DNA of 64,000 nucleotides from a bacterium (GTDB lineage Bacteria; Babelota; Babeliae; Babelales; Vermiphilaceae): NCBI GenBank assembly GCA_021777215.1, contig JAJYDS010000001.1, positions 41,622 to 105,621 of the forward strand, read 5' to 3'. Shown piece by piece: positions 57,110 to 64,000 of this stretch (position 1 is its first letter; each line of letters starts with the position of its first letter). The notes under the pieces were generated by a model. It saw only the letters and a program-made list of their open reading frames with translations, ran no database searches and was not told where the DNA came from. The position numbers and the translations under genes were made by a program.

Positions 57110-58300
57110 ATGGCAAGAGATGTATTTGAGCGGAAGAAACCGCATTTAAATATCGGAACTATTGGTCACGTTGATCATGGTAAGACGACGTTGACAGCAG
57201 CTATAACGAAGTATTTGTCTGAACAAGGGTTGGCAAATTTTACCGCCTTTGACAAAATTGATAACGCGCCTGAAGAAAAGGCTCGTGGTATTACGATTGC
57301 AGCTTCTCACGTTGAGTATGAGACTGCCAAACGTCACTATGCCCATATTGATTGTCCTGGTCACGCTGACTATGTCAAAAATATGATCACCGGTGCTGCA
57401 CAGATGGATGGCGCTATTTTGGTTGTTTCTGCTGCCGATGGAGCCATGCCTCAAACTCGTGAACATATAGTCTTAGCGCGTAACGTTAACGTTCCTGCGC
57501 TGGTTGTATTTTTGAATAAAGTCGATATGGTCGATGATCCAGATATGGTAGATATGGTCGAAGAAGAAATTCGTGACCTGCTCAAGAAATATGATTTCCC
57601 TGGAGATACCATTCCGGTTATTAGAGGATCAGCTCTTAAGGCCTTGAATGGTGATAAGGGCGAGCAGGGCTACCAGGCGATGGAAAAATTGATGAAAGCT
57701 GTTGATGAATTTATTCCAGAGCCAGCACGTGCACTTGATAAGCCTTTCTTGATGCCTGTTGAAGGTGTCTTTTCAATTTCCGGCCGTGGTACGGTTGTTA
57801 CCGGCAGAATTGAACAAGGTAAAGTAAAAGTTGGTGATGAAGTCGATCTTATTGGTTTTGGCATGAACAGTAAGACGGTAGTTACTGGCGTTGAAATGTT
57901 CAGAAAGCTTTTGAACGAAGGCTTTGCTGGTGATAACGTTGGTCTTTTGTTGCGTGGTACCAAGAAAGAAGATGTAGAGCGTGGTATGGTTATTGCCAAG
58001 CCAGGTTCTATAACTCCTCACCAAAAATTCCAATGTAAGGTATATATTCTTACCAAAGAAGAAGGTGGCCGACATAGCGCATTCTTTACTGGCTATCGTC
58101 CGCAGTTCTACTTCAGAACAACTGACGTTACGGGTATTGTAACCTTGCCTGCTGGGCGAGAAATGGTTATGCCGGGTGATAACGTTGATCTTAATGTTGA
58201 ACTTATTTCACCGGTAGCTATGGATAAGGATCTTCGTTTTGCAATTCGTGAAGGTGGACGTACGGTAGGTTCCGGCGTTGTCACCCAGATTATAGAATAA
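57110..58300 (+). CDS. tuf: elongation factor Tu
   Basis: 396 aa. [77 protein letters not shown]. Confidence 0.98.
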   Translation: MARDVFERKKPHLNIGTIGHVDHGKTTLTAAITKYLSEQGLANFTAFDKIDNAPEEKARGITIAASHVEYETAKRHYAHIDCPGHADYVKNMITGAAQMDGAILVVSAADGAMPQTREHIVLARNVNVPALVVFLNKVDMVDDPDMVDMVEEEIRDLLKKYDFPGDTIPVIRGSALKALNGDKGEQGYQAMEKLMKAVDEFIPEPARALDKPFLMPVEGVFSISGRGTVVTGRIEQGKVKVGDEVDLIGFGMNSKTVVTGVEMFRKLLNEGFAGDNVGLLLRGTKKEDVERGMVIAKPGSITPHQKFQCKVYILTKEEGGRHSAFFTGYRPQFYFRTTDVTGIVTLPAGREMVMPGDNVDLNVELISPVAMDKDLRFAIREGGRTVGSGVVTQIIE

Positions 58301-58305
58301 ACAAG

Positions 58306-58617
58306 GTGATGATGAAGAAACAGAGAATTCGCTTAACCCTCCGTTCATATGATCATCGACTGTTGGATAAAGCTGTTAAGCAGATTGTTTTTGCAGCAAG
58401 AAGGACAGGCGCTCAACTTATGGGGCCTGTCCCCCTTCCCAACAAACGGCGTTGTTTTACGGTGTTGCGTTCCCCTCATATTGATAAAAAATCACGTGAG
58501 CAATTTGAATTAGTAACACACCGACGCATTTTGGATATAATTTCTCCTTCGGATAAAACAATGGATGCGTTGATGAAGTTAAACATATCCTCCGGCGTCG
58601 ATGTCGAAATCAAGTGA
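58306..58617 (+). CDS. rpsJ: 30S ribosomal protein S10
   Basis: [51 protein letters not shown]. The start is ambiguous: GTG at 58306, ATG at 58309 or ATG at 58312. Confidence 0.95.
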   Translation: MMMKKQRIRLTLRSYDHRLLDKAVKQIVFAARRTGAQLMGPVPLPNKRRCFTVLRSPHIDKKSREQFELVTHRRILDIISPSDKTMDALMKLNISSGVDVEIK

Positions 58618-58633
58618 GATGAAAGGTCATTCA

Positions 58634-59251
58634 ATGGTTGCAGGTTTGTGGGGTAGAAAAATAGGAATGACCCAGCTGTTTGCTGAGGATAAGGTTATAC
58701 CAGTTACGGCTATCAATGTTGGACATTGGCTCGTAACCAACATCAAGACTGAAGTTCGTGATGGGTATAACGCGGTACAAGTTGGGCTGGTTAAAGAACG
58801 GTATGCTCAAGAACAATTTTCAGCTGAATGGTTGAAAAAGACCAAGACCTACTTTGTCTTTTTGCGTGAAATTAAGCAGGATGATGCAGTGGCGGGATTG
58901 GAAGTTGGACAAGTTTTTGATTGCACTACCGTGCTCAATCAGGGTGACAAAGTCGATCTTTCTGGTTTGACTATGGGTCGTGGATTTGCTGGCGGCGTTA
59001 AACGTCACAACTTTAATGGTGGTTGTGCAAGTCATGGTTCAAAGTTGGGCAGGAAGACCGGATCCGTCAGTCACTTACGGGCCGAAGGTCGGGTCATTAA
59101 GGGAAAAAGATTGCCCGGACACATGGGAGTCAAACAGCGCTTTATGGAAAATCTTGAAGTTGTCAAGGTAGATAAAAGTGCTGATGTTGTACTGGTTAAG
59201 GGTTCCGTGCCAGGAAAAGGCGGATCGCTTGTTTTTATGCGGAAAGCGTAG
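58634..59251 (+). CDS. rplC: 50S ribosomal protein L3
   Basis: MVAGLWGRKIGMTQLF is a typical L3 N-terminus. GAAAGG lies upstream of the ATG at 58634. FAGGVKRHNFNGG, RLPGHMG. Confidence 0.95.
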   Translation: MVAGLWGRKIGMTQLFAEDKVIPVTAINVGHWLVTNIKTEVRDGYNAVQVGLVKERYAQEQFSAEWLKKTKTYFVFLREIKQDDAVAGLEVGQVFDCTTVLNQGDKVDLSGLTMGRGFAGGVKRHNFNGGCASHGSKLGRKTGSVSHLRAEGRVIKGKRLPGHMGVKQRFMENLEVVKVDKSADVVLVKGSVPGKGGSLVFMRKA

Positions 59252-59266
59252 GGTGATAGGTAGATC

Positions 59267-59923
59267 ATGAGTAAGCAAAAAAATACAAAAGAGCAAGGCA
59301 CGCAGGCGAGCATCGCGCAAGCCGTTTCCCTGAAGGACCTTGGCATTTCTTTGCCTGAAAAGAAAATAAAAAACAGTGGGTTTTCGACATTAATACGAGT
59401 ATTGCTCCAAAATTGGCGGCAAGGAACCGTGGCGTGTAAGGGACGTGCAGATGTTGCTTACTCACGAAAAAAACCTTGGAAGCAAAAAGGAACGGGACGT
59501 GCTCGTGCTGGTTCTGCTCGTTCACCAATTTGGCGAGGTGGCGGTGTTTCCTTCGGGCCTCAAGCTCGAGTAAGAACACTACAGGCCATGAAAAAGCTTA
59601 AAAGAGGTGCATTAGCAACAGCGCTGGGTGAGTTTGAGCAACGTCAAAAATTGATGATGCTTGACTGGGAAGCTCCAGTGCAAGGCCCAAAGACTTCTGC
59701 AGCATACGCAGCATTGAAGAATGCGGGACTTGATGGTCGCAAAATAACTATATTTGTACCATTTGAAGATATGACAACATATGCATCTTTTGCCAATATT
59801 CCAACAGTACGTCTGCTGTTTTACGATCAACCCGATATTTTTTCTCTGATACAAAGCGACTTCTGGGTGTTATTCAAAAAAGATCAAGAACACTTTAAGG
59901 GGATGGTTGAACAATGGACTTAA
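59267..59923 (+). CDS. rplD: 50S ribosomal protein L4
   Basis: [32 protein letters not shown]. Confidence 0.95.
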   Translation: MSKQKNTKEQGTQASIAQAVSLKDLGISLPEKKIKNSGFSTLIRVLLQNWRQGTVACKGRADVAYSRKKPWKQKGTGRARAGSARSPIWRGGGVSFGPQARVRTLQAMKKLKRGALATALGEFEQRQKLMMLDWEAPVQGPKTSAAYAALKNAGLDGRKITIFVPFEDMTTYASFANIPTVRLLFYDQPDIFSLIQSDFWVLFKKDQEHFKGMVEQWT

Positions 59924-60267
59924 CGGTATATGATATTATTAAGGGGCCGGTGCTTACTGATAAGGCCTACACCATTAATAAAAATTTAAAAAAACTTGTG
60001 CTGCGGGTACATCCAAAAGCAAACAAGCCTCTCATTAAAGAGGCGCTTGAAAAACTTTTCAATGTAAAAGTTGATTCAGTGCGAGTAATTGTAAGTAAGG
60101 GAAAGACGCGCAGAGTTGGTAAATTTGAGACCTGCGGCTTACTAAGAAAAAAGGCTATTGTTACCTTGAAGGAAGGCCATTCGCTTGACTTGCTTGACCA
60201 AGCCGGTATGACGAAAGTAGCTGAAGAGCAGGTACGGGGCCCTAAAGATAAGACCACAAGAAATTAG
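59914..60267 (+). CDS. rplW: 50S ribosomal protein L23
   Basis: [50 protein letters not shown]. It has an extended C-terminus. Confidence 0.93.
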   Translation: MDLTVYDIIKGPVLTDKAYTINKNLKKLVLRVHPKANKPLIKEALEKLFNVKVDSVRVIVSKGKTRRVGKFETCGLLRKKAIVTLKEGHSLDLLDQAGMTKVAEEQVRGPKDKTTRN

Positions 60268-60284
60268 GTATAAGGGTTAACAAT

Positions 60285-61112
60285 ATGGCTATTATTAAAC
60301 GAAGGCCGAGAAACTCATCGCTCCGTTTTCAATCTTTTCTTGATTCGAGCGATATTACGACCAATACTCCTGAGCGCAGCCTCACTGTTGGGCTTAGAAA
60401 ACATGGCGGAAGAAATGCGTATGGTAGGATTACTACGCGTCACAAAGGTGGCGGCGCAGCTCGTAAATATCGTTTGATCGATTTTGAGCGTGCTGAACGT
60501 GATGTTCCCGGTAAGATTGTATCGGTTGAGTATGATCCAAATCGTAATGTTCGCATTGCATTGGTTATCTATCAAAATGGTGCAAAAAGATATATTTTGA
60601 AACCGGAAGGCCTTTCCGTGGGTGATACCGTTATGGCAGCGGAAAATGCTGATGCAAAAACGGGTAATGCGATGCCATTGAAAAATGTGCCGCTTGGCTT
60701 CGATGTTCATAATATTGAGGTTGTTCCTGGGTCTGGCGGGAAATTTGCCCGTGGCGCCGGGGCTTTTGCTCAGTTGGTGACAAAAGATGAGCAGCATGCA
60801 ACGCTCAAGATGCCTTCGGGAGAGATTCGCATGGTGCCGCTTGATTGTTGGGCTACTATCGGTGTTTTGAGTAATGCTGATTATAAGAATATAGTGTGGG
60901 GTAAGGCGGGTAGAACGCGTCACTTGGGGATTCGCCCAACGGTGCGTGGTATGGCAATGAATCCTGTTGATCACCCACATGGTGGTGGTGAAGGCCGTTC
61001 AAAGTCTGGCTCTCACCCTATGACACCTTGGGGTAAAGGATGTAAAGGAACTAAGACGCGTACACGTCAGAATCCTTTGATATTGAAAAGACGTAAGAGC
61101 AAAAAGAAATAA
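60285..61112 (+). CDS. rplB: 50S ribosomal protein L2
   Basis: GGRNAYGRITTRHKGGG, VSVEYDPNRNVRIALV, MNPVDHPHGGGEGRS. Confidence 0.97.
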   Translation: MAIIKRRPRNSSLRFQSFLDSSDITTNTPERSLTVGLRKHGGRNAYGRITTRHKGGGAARKYRLIDFERAERDVPGKIVSVEYDPNRNVRIALVIYQNGAKRYILKPEGLSVGDTVMAAENADAKTGNAMPLKNVPLGFDVHNIEVVPGSGGKFARGAGAFAQLVTKDEQHATLKMPSGEIRMVPLDCWATIGVLSNADYKNIVWGKAGRTRHLGIRPTVRGMAMNPVDHPHGGGEGRSKSGSHPMTPWGKGCKGTKTRTRQNPLILKRRKSKKK

Positions 61113-61133
61113 AGTCAGGACGAGGTATATAAT

Positions 61134-61421
61134 ATGGCTAGATCTGCCAAAAAGGGTCCTTACGTACAGGATTCTCTGTTGAAAAAGGTCAAACAAGCGC
61201 AAGAGACCGGCAAGCGTGAAGCAATTAAAACTTGGTCACGTAGAAGTTTGGTGATTCCTGATTTTATTGGGGTTACCATAGCTGTTCATAATGGTAAAAA
61301 GTTTGTTCCTGTTTTTGTTACCGAAAATATGGTTGGACATTATTTAGGTGAATTTGCGCCAACTAGGACCTTCAGGCTACACAGTGGTCAGCGTAAAGAA
61401 GGCGCGGCGCCAGCAGAATAG
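61134..61421 (+). CDS. rpsS: 30S ribosomal protein S19
   Basis: [61 protein letters not shown]. Confidence 0.96.
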   Translation: MARSAKKGPYVQDSLLKKVKQAQETGKREAIKTWSRRSLVIPDFIGVTIAVHNGKKFVPVFVTENMVGHYLGEFAPTRTFRLHSGQRKEGAAPAE

Positions 61422-61595
61422 CGATAGGATCGAGAAATATTGGTTGCCTATTAGTACTATTTTAGCTCCCCTTTATAGAATCAAGGCCTTTTTACGCGCC
61501 TTGTTTATGACAAAAAATATGATCCTGTCCTTACCGTAGAGAGTAGGGACTATTTTGAAAGATTACCGATTGCACGTTTAATAGTGGGATTTCTT

Positions 61596-61943
61596 ATGCA
61601 GTTTGTCGCAAAGACTCGATATATTCGATATTCACCCTACAAGCTACGTCCGCTCGTTGATGTAGTACGGGGAAAAAATGTACAATATGCGCTTGCCTGG
61701 TTGGGAACGTGCCGTTTGAAAAAGGCGGAGCCAATCTTAAAGATGGTCGCTTCAGCAGCGGCAAACGCAAGAAATTTACGTGATATTGCTCCTGATGCGT
61801 TGGTTATTAAAGATATCCGCGTTGATGAGGGGCCAGCGGTCCGGTCATATAAACCGGGTGCAATGGGGCGGGCAGCGTTGCAGCGACGTCGCTATAGTCA
61901 CATGAAGGTAGTCGTAGAACCTATTGAGCAGAAAGAGGCGTGA
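61596..61943 (+). CDS. rplV: 50S ribosomal protein L22
   Basis: AKTRYIRYSPYKLRPLVDVVRGKNVQYAL, ILKMVASAAANA, VDEGPAVRSYKPGAMGRA. ATG at 61596; an alternative GTG lies at 61584. Confidence 0.94.
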   Translation: MQFVAKTRYIRYSPYKLRPLVDVVRGKNVQYALAWLGTCRLKKAEPILKMVASAAANARNLRDIAPDALVIKDIRVDEGPAVRSYKPGAMGRAALQRRRYSHMKVVVEPIEQKEA

Positions 61944-61944
61944 C

Positions 61945-62574
61945 GTGGGTCAAAAAGTTCATCCAAAGGGTTTTAGAATTGGTGTGTATCGTGATTGGGA
62001 TGCTCGCTGGTTTGCGCGTGGATCGTATGGCAAGCTTCTATTGGAAGACTTGGCTATTCGTACTATGCTTGATCAAATATTAGAACGCGCTGAGCTTGCG
62101 CGGGTTGAAATTGAAAAAGCGAGTGATAATGTGCGTATTATCATTCACTCTGGTCGTCCTGGTGTTGTTATTGGCAAAAAGGGTCAAGAGATCGAATCAT
62201 TACGAGCTCAGTTGGCCACAGCGTTAAAAAAGAACGTTGAAGTATCTGTGCAGGAAGTTAAGACTCCTGAGATAGATGCTACCCTGGTAGCAAAGAACAT
62301 TGCAGAGCAGTTGATTAAGCGCGTTAGTTATAAGCGTGCCATGAAAAAAGCGGCAATATCATCCTTACGAAGTGGCGTTAAGGGTATCAAGATTTGTTGT
62401 TCTGGTCGCTTGCAAGGTGCTGAAATCGCCCGCCGAGAGTGGACTCGCATGGGATCCGTACCACTGCATACGTTACGAGCCGATATTGATTATGGTTTTG
62501 CGCAAGCAAAAACTACGTATGGCATTATTGGCGTTAAGGTGTGGATTTATAAAGGTGAATACCAGCTCAGTTGA
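61945..62574 (+). CDS. rpsC: 30S ribosomal protein S3
   Basis: A GTG start at 61945 gives (M)GQKVHPKGFRIG, the canonical S3 N-terminus. AAAGAGG lies upstream, and the start is 1 nt after the rplV TGA. KH segment GRPGVVIGKKGQEIE. Confidence 0.95.
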   Translation: MGQKVHPKGFRIGVYRDWDARWFARGSYGKLLLEDLAIRTMLDQILERAELARVEIEKASDNVRIIIHSGRPGVVIGKKGQEIESLRAQLATALKKNVEVSVQEVKTPEIDATLVAKNIAEQLIKRVSYKRAMKKAAISSLRSGVKGIKICCSGRLQGAEIARREWTRMGSVPLHTLRADIDYGFAQAKTTYGIIGVKVWIYKGEYQLS

Positions 62575-62596
62575 TATTAGATGAAAGATCGCGATC

Positions 62597-63019
62597 ATGT
62601 TGATGCCAAAAAAAACTAAGTATAGAAAGGTTCAAAAAGGGAACCTGAAGGGACGCTCAAAGGGAGCGCGAACTGTTGGCTTTGGAGACTATGGTCTGCA
62701 AGCTATTGACCCGGTTCGTCTTACTGCACAGCAAATCGAGGCAATGCGTGTATGTTTGTCGCGTGGTCTCAAAAAAGGTGGATCTCTTTTTTTAAGAGTT
62801 TTTCCTGACAAGCCGATTACCAAAAAGCCTGCCGAAACACGTATGGGTAAAGGTAAGGGAAATCCTGAATTTTGGGTGGCGATGGTCAAGCGCGGCCGTT
62901 TGATTTGTGAAGTTGGCGGCTTGAACGAGCTTGAAGCGCGTACCGTATTAAAGGAAGCTGCTTACAAGTTGCCGGGAAAGACGCGGTTTGTTAAGAAAAA
63001 TGAAGAATTAGTTTTTTGA
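62597..63019 (+). CDS. rplP: 50S ribosomal protein L16
   Basis: MLMPKKTKYRKVQKG, FGDYGLQA, ITKKPAETRMGKGKGNPEFWVA. Confidence 0.97.
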   Translation: MLMPKKTKYRKVQKGNLKGRSKGARTVGFGDYGLQAIDPVRLTAQQIEAMRVCLSRGLKKGGSLFLRVFPDKPITKKPAETRMGKGKGNPEFWVAMVKRGRLICEVGGLNELEARTVLKEAAYKLPGKTRFVKKNEELVF

Positions 63020-63037
63020 TGAGTGAGCAGAGCAACA

Positions 63038-63250
63038 ATGAAAGTGACGAAATTCAAGGATGAATTGAAGCAATTGGACGCGGCTGGGCTGAAAGTCAAG
63101 CTTGAGGCGGTCAGGCGCGAGCTTTTCAATATTCAATTGAATGCAACGACGGCGCATGTGAAAGATTATTCTCAGTTTAAAAAGCTGAAGAAAGATGTTG
63201 CACGCGTGCTGACCTTTGCGACTCAAAAAGAGCATGAAAAGCTTAAATAG
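63038..63250 (+). CDS. rpmC: 50S ribosomal protein L29
   Basis: MKVTKFKDELKQLDAAGLKVKLEAVRRELFNIQLN. ATG at 63038; the track ORF starts at the upstream GTG at 63023. Confidence 0.9.
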   Translation: MKVTKFKDELKQLDAAGLKVKLEAVRRELFNIQLNATTAHVKDYSQFKKLKKDVARVLTFATQKEHEKLK

Positions 63251-63281
63251 TAGCGATTATTCGACATAAAGGTAGATCTCA

Positions 63282-63575
63282 ATGGCAGAAAACGGCATGG
63301 AAAAACAAAAGCGCCTCTTCCTGGGCGAGGTTGTTTCTGATAAAATGGGCAAAACCATCGTGGTAAAGGTGGCAAGGACGCTCGAGGACGCGCGCTCTCA
63401 TAAAGTGGTGCACTGGGAAAAAAAGTACAAAGTTCATGACGAACTTGAACAAGCAAATGTGGGCGACATCGTTGAATTTTTTGAAGGCCGTCCAAAATCA
63501 AAGACGAAATATATGTATTTGGGTCGCATCGTGAGAGCCGGCAGCGTGGCGGATAAAGAGCAGGTGGTGTTATGA
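63282..63575 (+). CDS. rpsQ: 30S ribosomal protein S17
   Basis: [51 protein letters not shown]. Confidence 0.94.
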   Translation: MAENGMEKQKRLFLGEVVSDKMGKTIVVKVARTLEDARSHKVVHWEKKYKVHDELEQANVGDIVEFFEGRPKSKTKYMYLGRIVRAGSVADKEQVVL

Positions 63576-63937
63576 TTCAGAAGCAATCATATTTGGAAGT
63601 AGCCGATAATTCTGGTGCTAAGCAATTGCAGTGTATTCATATTGTCGGAAGTACACGCAAACGTTACGCTTATTTGGGTGATACTATTATCTGTGCCGTA
63701 AAAAAAGCTATTCCGAATGGTTTAGTAAAAAAAAGCGAAGTAGTAACGGCTGTCATTGTGCGAACCAAAAAAGAGTTTCGTCGAGAAGATGGAAGTTATA
63801 TACGTTTTGGTGACAATGCGGCGGTTATTATCAAAGATCAGGAGCCAGTAGGTTCTCGTATTTTTGGTCCTATTGCACGTGAAGTACGTGCAAAAAAATA
63901 TTTTAAGATTATTTCATTGGCACCAGAAGTTTTGTAA
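63572..63937 (+). CDS. rplN: 50S ribosomal protein L14
   Basis: [53 protein letters not shown]. The ATG overlaps the rpsQ stop (ATGA). Confidence 0.97.
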   Translation: MIQKQSYLEVADNSGAKQLQCIHIVGSTRKRYAYLGDTIICAVKKAIPNGLVKKSEVVTAVIVRTKKEFRREDGSYIRFGDNAAVIIKDQEPVGSRIFGPIAREVRAKKYFKIISLAPEVL

Positions 63938-63949
63938 GAGGACGCTTAC

Positions 63950-64000
63950 ATGGTTATGCGAGTAAAAAAGAATGACACCGTGATGGTGATTAGCGGAAAA
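63950..64000 (+). CDS. rplX: 50S ribosomal protein L24, first 17 codons (continues beyond the window)
   Basis: ATG at 63950 preceded by AAGAGG. The translation MVMRVKKNDTVMVISGK matches the L24 KOW start, and this is the expected position after rplN. Confidence 0.85.
   Translation, partial: MVMRVKKNDTVMVISGK

Noticed and set aside
56178-57116. 312-aa ORF on the minus strand
   Set aside because: It is entirely antisense to fusA, whose EF-G identity is unambiguous. The translation is Arg/Leu/Asn-rich with no motifs, typical of a shadow ORF.
60315-60980. 221-aa ORF on the minus strand
   Set aside because: It is antisense to rplB (L2) and looks like a shadow ORF with no start context or recognisable domain.
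61348-61539. 63-aa ORF spanning the rpsS 3' end and the spacer
   Set aside because: It overlaps rpsS out of frame, has no RBS, and its translation is low-complexity.
61555-61583. TTGAAA-N17-TTAATA promoter-like match just upstream of rplV
   Set aside because: The -10 element ends only ~12 nt before the rplV ATG, leaving no room for a 5' UTR or RBS. It is probably a chance match in AT-rich sequence and is mentioned only within the spacer finding.

Overview
This is a 64-kb piece of a bacterial chromosome. It looks moderately AT-rich by eye, uses Shine-Dalgarno-type RBSs, some GTG/TTG starts and frequent ATGA or short gene overlaps. All identifications come from reading motifs in the supplied translations and DNA; no searches were run. 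Both flanks are housekeeping. On the left are the 3' part of rpoC (a tRNA-Val(GAC) overlaps its stop codon), rpsO-pnp-rph, a holA-like gene, DUF502, a degenerate cdaA-like gene with a ybbR-like partner, trpS and pcrA. On the right are hflX, two tandem NUDIX genes, ffh-rpsP-KH-trmD(fusion)-rplS, murC, a MerR regulator, yidC, recR, pepP, an NhaC-like transporter, rplM, rseP and the str/S10/spc ribosomal super-operon (rpsL to the start of rplX). The centre (about 13.47-33.62 kb, all minus strand, between pcrA and hflX) is an accessory block and the most interesting part. Ten consecutive genes there encode 13 copies of one module: TPR repeats followed by a GT-B, family-9 (heptosyltransferase)-like glycosyltransferase domain that ends in the signature PWYPTMRLFRQ.K.GDW. 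Two of the genes are in-frame concatenations of two and three complete modules. Each of the ten polypeptides begins with a hydrophobic N-terminus, signal-peptide-like in at least eight. A probably exported protein made of two copies of a ~125-aa helical domain (DUF6165-like, name from memory) sits inside the array. A degenerate copy of that domain is fused to the C-terminus of the first gene. I read this as an expanded family of exported, TPR-guided, probably protein-directed glycosyltransferases, possibly host-directed effectors. That interpretation is inference only. I saw no rRNA, CRISPR array, transposase or integrase.
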